Positions 38,981 to 51,602 of a stretch of 64,000 nucleotides of DNA are shown one piece after another. Origin of the DNA: Nitrospirales bacterium (GTDB lineage: Bacteria; Nitrospirota; Nitrospiria; Nitrospirales; UBA8639). The notes below the pieces were generated by a model. It was not told the DNA's origin. It did not search any database and worked only from the letters and a program-made list of their open reading frames with translations. The stretch lies in the NCBI GenBank assembly GCA_965203295.1, contig CBDBCZ010000018.1, positions 1 through 64,000 of the forward strand. Reading direction: 5' to 3'. Numbering within the stretch: position 1 is the stretch's first letter; each line of letters begins with the position of its first letter. The translations under genes and the position numbers were made by a program.

Positions 38981-39616
38981 CTCATTGACCGCCGTAATTA
39001 CGTCACGCGCGTGATGCTCCACGCTATAATTTCTACAACAATGGCGTACTAAAAGTTTTAGCTCAGTGTTTGGCTATTTTTATGCTTACCAAGTCAAGTA
39101 TCCAGCGAATTCTGCGTTGTACTTGTTAGAAGACTATCGGATACAGCCATTGAAGGCAAAAAGGGCGGCGGATTGGATCCAAGAAGGGCTTCAGGAGCGA
39201 TAACCGAATACACGGTAAGTTCGATACGAAACTGTTGTCTTCACGCTCAGGCGGCAAAGAACGATGGTCCTACTGAAGCCCCCGACTCTCCCCTGAACCA
39301 GTTACCATTGTATCCGCCAGTGAAATTGACTACAGAGCCCGACTAACTGTGCAGCAATGTAGGTAGCCATAGCTAGTCGTCTTGATCGGTTGTATATTTT
39401 GCCGTATGTATCCGTTCCATTACAGATTAGATCGACTTTCGGCACACTTACATCATTATTAGTAATCACTCTATTCAATTTTATGGCCAATAAAGGAAGG
39501 GGTTGCTCCTCCTGGCCGTACAGTTAACTTGCCGTTTCTAAAGCCACTATAGTGGCGTGTGGCGTAGCGGAAGGATTACGTAATATCCAGTTAAGTGGCG
39601 TACGGCGCGCAATGAG
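38981..39616 (-). mobile_element. Non-autonomous derivative of the piggyBac 2/3 family, 636 bp, inserted in telomere-like repeats
   Basis: TIRs CTCATTGACCGCCG / CGGCGCGCAATGAG, flanked by TTAT (38977-38980) and TTAA (39617-39620). The right subterminus is the reverse complement of 19167-19300. Confidence 0.9.
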
Positions 39617-39718
39617 TTAACTTAACCCTAACCCTAACCCTAACCCTAACCTAACCCTAACCCTAATTCCACAAAGGAGCAATAAACCCCACAAAGGTAT
39701 ACCCAACCCTAACCCTAA
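39617..39718 (+). repeat. Interstitial telomeric-type repeat (CCCTAA)n; begins at ~38969, before the MITE
   Basis: About 7 tandem CCCTAA units with variants, then a second short run at 39704-39718. Confidence 0.9.
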
Positions 39719-39746
39719 TCCCTCCCTCCCCTCCCTTAATAGGAGG

Positions 39747-42700
39747 ATGATGGATCCGGCCATGGAAACGGACGAAGCACTCCTCGGCCTGGTCCACCCT
39801 ACCACCGAGCAGGAGGATCCCCTCGCACCCACGGAACACCGAACACGCCCAGCCCCTCCCAACACGGACGGGAATGTGCCCGGTACATCCACGTCGAGAG
39901 TAACTACTCCCAACATTCACTATTCCATCCTACTCTCCGAGGGAGCAGAATCCCCAGAGCCCACAACAACAAACAAGGCATCTGATGACCTCCAAAAGGC
40001 AAAACAGATCATTGCTGAGGGCACAAGCCGCCTCAAAAAGTCATTAATCGTAATGATCAAGGCAGACCACCATCGTGGCAATATGAAGACTGCTGCCACA
40101 ACAGGGGCGTGCCCAAAAGGCATGCAGGCTAATGTCCCCCTGATGGCTTATGCAGCCGACGCGGCCCTAAAAAAGGAGTGGGATAACACCCTATCTGAGT
40201 GTTCCCAAAATCTCCTTGCCCTCCTCATTAACCATTATGAGGGAATGGTAAGGGCAGAGATCAGAACTCAGAAGGACATCCAGGCCCAATAAATAATGCC
40301 AACCTCCCCCCACCGACACTGAATACCTGTGCCGCCTATGGAGGGAAGAAACAGATGCGGCGGTGAAAGAAGCCAGGCAATTTTCCACAAACAGGCAAGG
40401 TCCCAAACAGGACACACGAAAACAGCAACGAAGCCCCCATCAAACTCCGAAGCCGTAAATTTGAGGGAGGAACTCGAAAAACTAAAATCTACGGTTAATG
40501 CCCTCCAGAATCCCAACAAGGATTTTTGCCGCCCCGCGTTCCCCAGGGGAAGAGGATGCGGGCGCGGACGACCACGAAGAGAGGAGCCCGGAGACCTTTC
40601 CCAAGGGGAGGGCGCTCTCAAGGCTACGGCTACACCACGCCTTACGGCGGAAGAAAACCTAACTGAACAAGAGACTTAAAAAGTCGAACATCAGTAGCCC
40701 TAGTACATGTATCTATGACAATATAGTCAACTTATCATCTGCCACTTTATCGAACATTGAACAGCAATTGCTATGTAAAGGCTTATCATTTATTCCTAAA
40801 CCAAAACATATCCGATTGTACGACTTATACCGCGACACGAATAAATTCGTGTCCAGCATGAGATATCGGAATGAACACTATAGTCAAACTAACAAACCTA
40901 AGTCACTTTTCCACAGGCGGGGCGACTATAGAGCCCCCCCTACCAGTAGTCTGGACTTGGAAAACTGTATAGAAAAACTCAAGCTTGACCTTGTAGGCAT
41001 AGCCTATGAACAGGATAAAGCAGACAATCTGACTAGGGCTGAAAGAAGGGCACTCAAAGACCTAAAGGCCAGAGATGACATAGTTATTAACAAAGCCGAC
41101 AAGGGCTCCACTATTGTCATCCAGGATATAGACAGTTACCTAACCGATGGACTAAAACATTTAGCCAAACCCTCAGTCTATAGACACTTACAAAAAGACT
41201 CCACCACTGAAATCAAGAGGGATATCTGTCTAATGCTCGAGCACCTCCAAAGGGCTGGAATGCTCGACAGAAACATGACGGAATTCTGTATGACCCCTAA
41301 AAAGCGCAGAACTTCCCAGCTATATTTTCTCAAGAAAATACACAAGAATCCCATGGGAATTTGACCAATAGTCTCCAGTGTTAATAGTGTAACGCAGTAC
41401 CTCTGTAGTCGAGGCTGCACTAGCGACCCTAACCCTGAACAGTAACTGATTGCCTTACTGACTGATTCAAAGAGAGTCTCTACACTTGCTACTACAATAC
41501 TTATATATAGAAACTACATCACACCTAAGCCATAGGACTACAACACTACTACAACAGATGGCTAGAACATTAACAGTCTCAGTCACTAACAGTATCAAAG
41601 TCATGGCGCATTAACACTTATTTGCACTCCGTTACATCACTCCCTCTCTTAATGAAGCTCGACCCCGAGCGTCTCCTTGTGCTTGCTGCTGAAGGTCGAT
41701 GATGCTTTCTGTCTCAGGTAACAATCGCTGTCCCGCTGGAGTGACTGCAACGTCCGTACTCATACAGTTAGTACTGTGGCTTCACTGGTCTTCTTTTGTT
41801 GAGGTGGCTGCTTCCGTCCGCCTCTCCAAATCTCTACATTGGGGTGGTAGGAGATTATGCCCAGCTGACGACATACACCTTCTGATAGCAGTAGCTGGTC
41901 GTGGGCATCCATCTTCAGGTAGATCGGGGTTGTCATCGTCTTTTCCCCAAACGAAAGATCTAGGTCCATTCAGCCATCTAGGGTGAACGGTTTCCGGTTT
42001 TATGTCCGGGGAACTTTGTCTGAACCGTGCAGATCTTTTCTTTTCAGCTTGGCTGCAGCGGCCACTTTCTTGAACAGTGCACCACCCATTATCGTGATGT
42101 CAGCGCCACTGTCAAGGACTCCTACCACTGGTACACCCTGGATCTGTACTCGGACACACCTGGGTCTGCTTCCTTCATCGCTCACTCGGACCACTCGCAC
42201 TTCACCGTCACCTTCTGAGTCTGATGAGTCTGAGAAGAGAAAGTCCAACGGATTTGGTCTTCCTGGTGAAGTCACGGGTGTCTCGGCTCCTTGGTTGACC
42301 TGAACTGTTTTGGTGTTTGCTGGTCTCGTACTGATGGACACGGGTTGTCCCCTGCTCTCTGGCTTGTTTGCCCGACAATCACGTGCCATGTGTCCGGGTT
42401 TGTTGCAAACGTAGCACCTCTTGTCACTGCCCTGAACTGGGGTTGACATGGGTACCTGTGTAGTGCTGCCTCTTCTTTAGTTCTGCCAGCCGCTTCTCCT
42501 CGTTCTTTGATGCTAGGCACAGTTGCTTGTAGGTCTGTGCCCCAGAAACGGAGGGTGCCTTCATGATTTCATACTTCAGGCCTTCCTGCAATTGGCCATG
42601 AAGCAGAGTGTCCGTCGTCTTTACCGACATGCCTTCTCTCCCATAGGCGATGCGAAATGTTCTCTCAAGGCGTCGGATGAAGTCAGCTGCAGACTCGGCC

Positions 42701-45426
42701 TCTCTCTGGACTGTGTGGCGGAAATCTTGTGCTGCTAAGGCTTTACCCCCAGGGTCCAAGCGGCTACGCAGAGCTTGTGTAGCATCTACGTACGTCTTCT
42801 TGTCGACATCCCCTAGCAGATTCCATTCCTGAAGGGCTCAATCGCGTAAATGCCCGGCCAACTGAATCAGACGTTCCTCCTCGGTCCAACCATTCCATGT
42901 ACTGGCCCTTTTGAGTGCCGGGAGCCAGTCGTCTAGGCGAACTTCTGGATTTTCCCCGGTAAAAGGATCAATAGGTGGAGCCTTGCCACGACGTCGGGGT
43001 GGCACCGTGCCTGAAAGCCTAGAATCTGTAGATCTATGCTCTACCTCTGGACTATCTCTTCGAGGGAGCTCCATCGTGCTGGGCAGAGACCTTCCTGGTA
43101 CACGACGGCTCACTTCTAGTCCTTGGAGCCTAGCTTTTAGGGATTCTAGCTCCTTATCCTTCGCTGAAACAATGAGGTCATGCTCCTCTAGCTGTTCGCA
43201 ATTCAGCCTCCAGAGTTCTTTGACTCGGCATTGTCCTCTCTCCACTCTCTCTCTCAGCAAGCTCGTGCCAGCTGCTGCATGTAGGCAACTGTAAGCCGCT
43301 TAGAATTCAGAGGTAGAGGGCGGCGACCGCATGGGGCCAGCTCATTGCGCTGTTCCTCGCCTCCTTCTGCCATACTGGACTGGTCCGGTCCTTGCTAAAT
43401 TATTCGGAGCACCTTGATTCCTCTGTCATTGAAGTCTCGGCGGGACCTCCACTGTAACGCAGCACCTCTGTAGCCGAGGCTGCGCTAGCGACCCTAACCC
43501 TGAACAGTAACTGATTGCCTTACTGACTGATTCAAAGAGAGGTCTCTACACTTGCTACTACAATACTTATATATAGAAACTACATCACACCTAAGCCATA
43601 GGACTACAACACTACTACAACAGATGGCTAGAACATTAACAGTCTCAGTCACTAACAGTATCAAAGTCATGGCGCATTAACACTTATTTGCACTCTGTTA
43701 CAATAGTGTCACGGAGAACATCTCCCAATTCGTCGACATCTGGCTACAGCCTATAATGAAGTCGTTGCCGTCCTTCATTAAGGACACTACCGACTTCATT
43801 AACCTTATTGAATCTACGCCAATAAGCGGAGAATGCCTAATGGCCACCATCGACGTCTCATCGCTATATACCAATATACCCCATAGCGAAGGTAGAAAAG
43901 CGGCAATCACAGCTCTCAACAAAATTGAAAACCCAGACCCCCGCCAACCTCCCCCTACCATAATAGGGCTACTCATAGATGTTGTACTACAGAACAATGT
44001 CTTTGAGTTCAATGACAACCACTATTTGCAGCTACAAGGCACAGCTATGGGAACCAAAATGGCCCCAGCCTATGCCAACATTTTTATGGGCAACCTAGAA
44101 GAGCAACTCCTCTCCAAAGGGAGTGACAAAATCCTACTATGGAAACGATTCATAGACGATATTTTCGTCATATGGAACGGCTCAGAAGCCGAGTTCAAAT
44201 CATACATGGAAACCATAAATGCTCTCCATTCAACTATCAAGTTTACACATGAATGTAGTGCACATGAGATTACCTTCCTGGATGTCACACTGTATAAAGG
44301 CTCCAGATTCCTATAGAATGGAATACTGGATGTTAAAACACACATCAAACCGACAAATAAACTACTCTATGTACACCGTACATCCTACCACCCACCTAAA
44401 ACAGGAAAGTTCATTATGTTAGGTGAAGCTAACAGGTACCTACGCACAAACTCAAATGAGCAAAACTTCCAGGAGAGCTTAGAGCGACTCTCGTCTAAAC
44501 TCAAACAGAGAGGGTATAACCCATCCGAAATCGCAAAGCATGTCTCGTCTGTTAAATTCTCAGACAGACCAGACAAGCTGAGGAGTAACACCCCCATACA
44601 AATGGATCCTCCACTAGTATTCGCCACAACATATTGTGACCGAATACCTGACATACAGCTCACTCTCAAAGACAATTGGAGAGAATTACAGAGTACACAC
44701 AGGCTCGAAAGGATATTTCCTAACCCACCAATGATTGCCTTCAAGAAGAACCAATCCTTGAGCAACATTCTAGTCCAAGCCAAAATATCGCACCACAACG
44801 ATAATTCGATAACCACCGGCCCCCGTACACGAGGCTCGGCCCAACCAGTCCATACCCAGTTGAAAACCATCATAAACAGTGACTATCACTATACAGGCAG
44901 AAAGCCTCCCACATTCAAAGAACTGAGCACATTCCCGTTCAAGTTGTTTCAAAAAACAAAATCGGTGAAGCCATGTTGTAAAAAACAATGCAACATGTGC
45001 AAGAGGCTAAACCACGGTAGCAACTTTGTTAAGAGTAAAGTCACGGGCAGATGCTTCCCTATTCAAACAATTGGAAACGCCCTGACCTGCCAAAGCACCA
45101 AAGTTGTATACCTTATTCAATGTCGGCAATGCACTAAGCAATATGTAGGACAAACAACAAAGCCCCTACATATCCGACTCAACAAACATCTGCATAATAT
45201 CCGAGGACAAAAGTCCTCTAGAAGCAAACTCTGGTGGCATTTTAATAAGGATCACTCAATTGAGGACATCCAGATTATTCCGCTCCAGCAAGTAGATGAG
45301 CTACTCTCGCTACCTGCAGCGGAACTAAAACTGCAACAACTAGAAACCCTATGGATAAAGAGGCTAGCTACCATGCATCCCAAAGGGATGAACTACGTCC
45401 TACAGGACTTCGAAAAGAGAACATAA
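39747..45426 (+). mobile_element. Penelope-like retroelement (RT plus C-terminal GIY-YIG endonuclease, Neptune-like Cys linker); pseudogenised and split by an LTR element
   Basis: KADKG, KIHK..I*PIVSS|VTE, DVSSLYTNIP, QGTAMG, RFIDD, CCKKQCNMC and VVYLIQC...YVGQT...IRLNKH. Stops at 40290, 41362 and 44314, plus frameshifts. Confidence 0.92.
41388..43702 (-). mobile_element. Non-autonomous Gypsy-type LTR element retaining only degenerate gag and protease
   Basis: 4-bp TSD ATAG (41384-41387 and 43703-43706). TG...CA LTRs 41388-41636 and 43453-43702. PBS TGGAGGTCCCGCCGAGA (tRNA-Gln-like), PPT AAGAGAGGGAGTGA, CYVCNKPGHMARDC and VLDSGA. No RT, RNase H or integrase. Confidence 0.95.
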
Positions 45427-48367
45427 TTCTCATCTGGATGTGGCTGCTTAGATGAGTGAGACGCCCCCCACTCCTGAACCCTTTCTCTAACCCACCGTCC
45501 CTGAATCCACCATCCCAGAACCCATCATGGCCCAGCCTTCCATCTCTGAACCTACCATCTCAGAACCCACTGTGCCTCAGCCCACCGTCCCTCAATCCAT
45601 CATCCCAGAACCCAACATGCCTCAGCCCACCGTCCCAGAATCCACCATCCCAGAATCCATCGTGGCCCAGCCTACCATCTCTGAACCTACCACCTCAGAA
45701 CCCACTGTGCCTCAGCCCACCGTCCCTGAACCCATCATCCCAAAACCAACCGTGCTGCAGCCCACTGTTCCTCATTCCACCGTCCCTGGCAGCTCGGAAA
45801 CGGTCAGCATTCCGGCCTCACTGGTAAAGAGTTTCTTTATCACCGAGGCCACCGCTGTGGGAGATTATTCCTCCGGTAGCAGTGGTGGCAGTGAGAGTGA
45901 TGAAGACTATGAAACTGAGACCTTCAGTAAGTTAACAGGCTGAAGTTGTTTGAACTGCATATTTCTCTAGAGGCATACTTCAGCACTGCTCATTTCCAGG
46001 TGATGTGGAAATCCCCACCAAGTTGGCCACTTGCCACCACTGCCACGAAAAGTTTCCACGCAGCATTGTGAGACAGCATAGTTTCTTTTGCAGAGAGCGT
46101 GATCAAGATTAGCAAGTAGCTAGATGGTAAGATATCAATAACTGTAGTTCTTTTTCTTGAAGTTTCTCCGGATGTGGACCTCACGAAGGATGTCTGGTCA
46201 CGGGAAGAAATGGGGGTAAATCCATTATACACAATTCTTTCAGTGGTCAGTGATTACCGGCCCTTTCCTCTTGTTAGCCAATGGATCCCTTTGACCCCAT
46301 TGAAGTTTCGAGTAACAGCTCTATGGAGATCACTAAGGTAAGCACAGTGTACACTATATTGATAATCAATGACCACTGCCATTTACAATACCAACAGGCA
46401 ACAGAGCGCACTTGTGTCGTGGACGATGGGAATAATAGTGATGTCGTTGCAACACAATTGTGTCCAATATGCAACCAGTTTTATCCATTTGTTGACCTAC
46501 ATAGCCACTTTGAGACCTGTGCTCGCCATGGAGGTAGGAAACAACCAGTCCTGCTGGTGCACTTTTAATGAGGCTCTCTTTCTCATTAGGGGAATCTTCC
46601 ACACCAGACATCGAAAATGTACGCTGCATACCCTACATTACTTGAATTTCAGTTATGATTACAAATTCTTATGCAGCTGCCTAGCAATAGCAGTGGGACA
46701 CGTTTTGAGGCTCCCCCTTACAGGGGTCGCCGCCTCGCACCTTCCTCTGATGAAGACGATGAAGTTCCAAAGGTACAAGGAAATGCCACTAAACTATCTC
46801 CATTCCATCTTATGAAAACTTTCTTAGGTTCATCTAAAGAAAACTGTGTTAGAGCTAGTGTTAGGGTGATGCTGTGAGGGACAGACCCAGAATGCAGTTC
46901 CAAGGACCATGTGCCTCAATTCTCAGGGTTGGTAGTTGTGTCCCTCAGGGACACACCCGGAAACAATCCAGGAACAACTCCTGCTGTTGCTGTTTTAGCA
47001 TTGTAACACACTATAGAACTCGTATAACCTCCATTTGTTCAAGGAAAATACGGCAAATGATGGTGGTTTCCTTACATAGACAGCCAACGCTTAGTAAACT
47101 ATAGCTGACTAATGTTTGTAATACATCTCTACCAACGGTACCAGAGTTCTTTGTAGACCAGGAAAGTATAATTGTGTAACAAACATTTACACATAAAGGC
47201 AACATAGGGCAACAACTAATGAAATTAAACAGAACAAGGCGTATGCACTAAGAAAATACCATCTGCTTTGTTTGCTACAGCAACCTTGTAGCAGTCGGGG
47301 GACGAGACTGGAGCTCCCACCACAGAGGGGACACCTGCTACCATTCTCCGATGATTCAGAGGATGAGAGGCAGCAGCAGGTAATTATGCAATTACACCTT
47401 GCATCAAAGGGACAATAATTAAGTAAAATTTTATTACTATTAAAATTGAGCAGAACAAGGTGTATGCATTGAGAACTACCATTCACTTAATTACAGCAAC
47501 CCAGTAGCAGCCGGGGAACAAGGCTGGAGCTCCCACCACAGAGGGGACGCCTGCTACCATTCTCCGATGATTCGGAAGATGAATTCCGGCCACAGGTTGC
47601 AAAGGTAGAGTTAAGCCAGGTGACCATTCTAAACTTTGCATTGGCAACTTAGCAACTGCATGTCTACCACCAAGGTGAAGCGGGCAAGACTTCAACTCAG
47701 CTCCTCAGACAGTGATCTCGATCAACAGAGGAAGACCTCAAGAAAGGTGTGCCTAGTAGACAGTTCATACACTTTACATTGACTACTAAGCAATTGTATA
47801 TCACCAAGGCGAAGCGAACCAGAGATCATGGCTCCTCTGCTGAGAGCGACCTGAAGAATGCAAGGCAGAGCAAGACCTCAAGAAAGGTGTGTCTATGACA
47901 AACCCACAAAATGTGTTTATGTACAATTAATTAGAAACATGTTCCAAGATATATTAGATATAGAAAGTAGGACTACAGACTGGCATACATTTCCGTAATG
48001 CCTGGTAGGACGTTACTCGCTCCTTTGGTATCACTGTAGGTCCCTGCCTCCAGGTCATCCGGAAAGAAAAAAAGGGACACAAGGAAGTATCACCTCTGTC
48101 CCCTCTGTAAGTGCAGCTTGAAGAAACTGAGCCAGCATCTCACGACTGTGCACAGGGTGGTGGAGGATACCGAAAGAGACGAAATGTGCAAGAATGCACC
48201 TGTTGTACCACCGGGCTTTCAAAGCCAGACTCCACAACAGAGTGCCATCACAAGGTTTTTTGACGTGTCAAATGAAAGCACTGACCTGACTGCCCCATCA
48301 CCGCCAGGTAAGTTGTTGACAATCATTAGGGAGACAGCTTGTTTTTAGAATCAGTACGTGTCATTAA

Positions 48368-51300
48368 CTCATTGCACGCCGACGTTACGTAATACGCGTG
48401 ATCCCCCCACGCCACGGTTTTTGAACGAAAATGGCGTATTGAAATGCGGTTGCCGAGTTTCGTCTTGATTTCGCTCAACACATGAGCAATCGTCCGAATG
48501 CGTGTTGTAAATGGTGAAAAAACTTACTGGAGCTGCCTTTCAAGGAGAAAAGGAGCCTGGATCACGACGATGCGAGCTGTTGTGGACGGATTCTTTCATG
48601 CATGGTGAGTTCAATATGGCGTATGTAAAGCGGGTAGAAATATCTTGGTCGTTGACGCTAGTTTGTTTTTAGTAGTCATTGTAAGTAACTTAAATTTGTT
48701 TGTGAAGGCCTGAATAGGGATAAAAAACTAACTGCTAGTCTTGTAGGTCAACTGATCACTCGGTACAACAGTAGGAACGAGAGTTGACTGTTGGGGTCCA
48801 TTGTGAGTTGGGTATGGTAGAGTAGCGGCAATAGTCATGGTAGAAATGAGACACAAAAGTTTGATAAGAGTGTGAGATGAAGGATAAAGGTATAGCTGTA
48901 ACAAACAAGCAAGAAACATTAACTCTAAAGAATATACAAGGGTAAAATTACAGTTTATAGTTGAATAGTGTGTGGTATCGCTCAAAACAAGTGTCTGGGT
49001 GCAGTGATGGTGTATTGGTGCATGACTTACAAAAATATAAAGTTCTACGTCTCGTGCCCTCTGCCCGTAGGCTGCAAACAACACAGTCCAGGGGATGGTC
49101 CCGTTTGCCAAGGACGTGGAGATGCCCGTTCATCCGGTCTGGACGAGCTTCCAGTCGAGGCCTCTTTCTTGGGCGACCACCGAGTGGACGAGGAGGTGCA
49201 GCACAGATACAACGACTGGCGAGTATCTCCAGTACTTCTCTACGGTAGGTTAGGTGGGAACGGGGCCGGTCTCCTGCTGCTGTAACACTCTGCTGGTAGA
49301 GTACATAGCTGTTCACAACAGTTGCCTCCATCAGCCAGAAAAACACTTTGCGCCACCACTTCCGTGTTTTCCGCTGGAAGGAGTAGTACACGGAGTGTTG
49401 GTCTGCAATATCTACTCCGTTCATATTGTGGTTGTAAGAATCAACCACAGTCGGCTTCTGGGTGGGAGCATTGTACGTGCGTTGGGACTGCACTGTGACC
49501 ATTGCTGCCGACGACTCACTGCTCAGCATGAAGACTGGCTTGTTCCTCTTCTCTGCCTGCCATGCCAATGCCAGCAGTTGGGGTGTACGGTACGCCATCA
49601 CCTCTCCACCCTTGAGGCGACTGAGCAGGCGAAGGTCATCCGGAAGATCTACCCGGTTCTTGTTCGAGGTACCAGTGAAGGCAGTGTTGTGCTCACCAAG
49701 CGCCTGGGCCAGTGGGACACTGGTGTAGTACCTGTCGGTGAACACGCGCCGTCCACTGTCCAAGTATGGGTTGACGAGGTACATCACTACCTGGGCCGGC
49801 TGTGGGAGATGTGCGAACTCACTCCCAGCTCCTTGAAGTGTCTCTTGGCAAGTGTAGAGCAGGATATTCAGAAGATACCCGTTGGAGCTATCCGCCATGG
49901 TGAAGGCTTTCACTCCCCACTCGACTGGCTTCTTGGGCATGTACTGCTTGGCAGCGAAACGACCTCGAAAGCCAATCATGGTCTCGTCAACGGCGATGTT
50001 ACGGCCTGGACAGTAGCTCGCTTGAAATTTGGGGATCAAATGCTCCAGCACAAGCCTCACCTTGTCGATCTTGCGGACTGGCTGATTCGGCTCACTGTGG
50101 CTGACGTGGAGCATCCAGAAGATCTCCTCAAAACGGTTGCGGGAGAGTACTTGCCCAAAAAAGGGGATCTCACAGATCCAGGAGGTCTTCCAATAATCCT
50201 CAAGTTCGGGCAGGTGAATGAGGCCCATGTTGAGGATGATGGCGAGGAAGCCGTGCAGGTCCGAGATGGTGACTGGTTTCCACTTCGCAAATCTCGATTG
50301 TGGCGTCAACTTGCCTTCGTCCTCAAGCTTGCGAACTCGCTCTGCTGCATACCTGTGTAATATTGATTGTCTTAATACCTAATACATGCTTGCATGATCA
50401 TGCACACACTACATGCAACCAGTATCTATTATTTACCTGTTTGTTTCATCCATTACTACTGCCACCACCACGACCTCCACGGACAGCACTAGTGCCACGC
50501 CCACGGCCTCCACGGGTGCCACGACCACGGAGGCCTCCACGGGTACCACGAGATCCTCGACTACTGGTCCCACGAACTCCAAGGCCTCCACGGGTACCAC
50601 GAGATCCACGACCACCGGTCCCACGAGCTCCGAGACTTCCACCGGTACTACCGCGAGCTCCGAGGCCTCCACTGGTACTACCGCGAGCTCCGAGGCCTCC
50701 ACCAGTACTACCGCGAGCTCCGAGGCCTCCACTGGTACTACCGCGAGCTCCGAGGCCTCTAGGACTACTGCGAGCTCCGAGACTTCCACCGGTACTACCG
50801 CGAGCTCCGAGGCCTCCACCGGTACTACCGCGAGCTCCGAGGCCTCCACCGGTACTACCGCGAGCTCCGAGGCCTCCAGGACTCCCACCAGCTCCGAGGC
50901 CTCCACCGGTACTACCGCGAGCTCCGAGGCCTCCAGGACTCCCACCAGCTTCGAGGCCTCCAGGACTCCCACCAGCTCCGAGGCCTCCAGGATTCCCACG
51001 AGATCCGAGGCCTCCACCGGTACTACTGCCTGCGTAGACAGCTGAATGGAGAAAATGTTTTTTCTTATTTTAGGCCCTCAAGCATGCACATTTTTATTTT
51101 TTACCGTTGTCTGGATTACTCTCATCAGATTCTCTCTCAGATTCCCCCTCCCCCTCTTCCGATTCATCCCCACGCTCCCCTTCCCCTGCTTGTGACTCCT
51201 CTTCAGATTCCATCTCCTCTTCAAATTCATCCTCAGAGTCATCCAGAGTTGGCAGTGGAAAGTGGGGGTCCTCTGGGATATCAGATTCCTCTCCAGAGTC

Positions 51301-51602
51301 AAGATCTGCTGTGCTTTGCAAGATCATATCCAGCGCTTGAGCAGCAGTGTAGCTAGCCATTTTCACCCGCATACAGCTGTAGGCAGCCTTTTATTTTAGC
51401 GCTTTTCTGCAATTCTCGATGTTGTTACATCATTATTAGTAATCGCTAATGTTGTTTAATGGCTTATGAAGGAAGGGGCTTCCCTTCCTGGCCGTACTAA
51501 CGAACTGATCGCACGCGATTCCAGAAGGGCCAATATATTGGCCCGTGGCGTGGAGCGGTGATTACGTAAGGGCCAATAAAGTGGCCCGTGGCGCGCAATG
51601 AG
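48368..51602 (-). mobile_element. piggyBac transposon 3 (same family as transposon 2) in an intron of the unit C gene
   Basis: TTAA at 48364-48367 and 51603-51606. TIRs CTCATTGCACGCC / GGCGCGCAATGAG. The host intron repeat continues on both sides. Confidence 0.95.
48948..51360 (-). pseudogene. piggyBac transposase, 3 exons, RGG-type 30-bp repeats; frameshifting deletion near 50455
   Basis: MASYTAAQAL..., DETNR|YAAE splice, AVDETM, TDRYYT, MNGVDIADQ and a Cys-rich tail. Confidence 0.9.
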
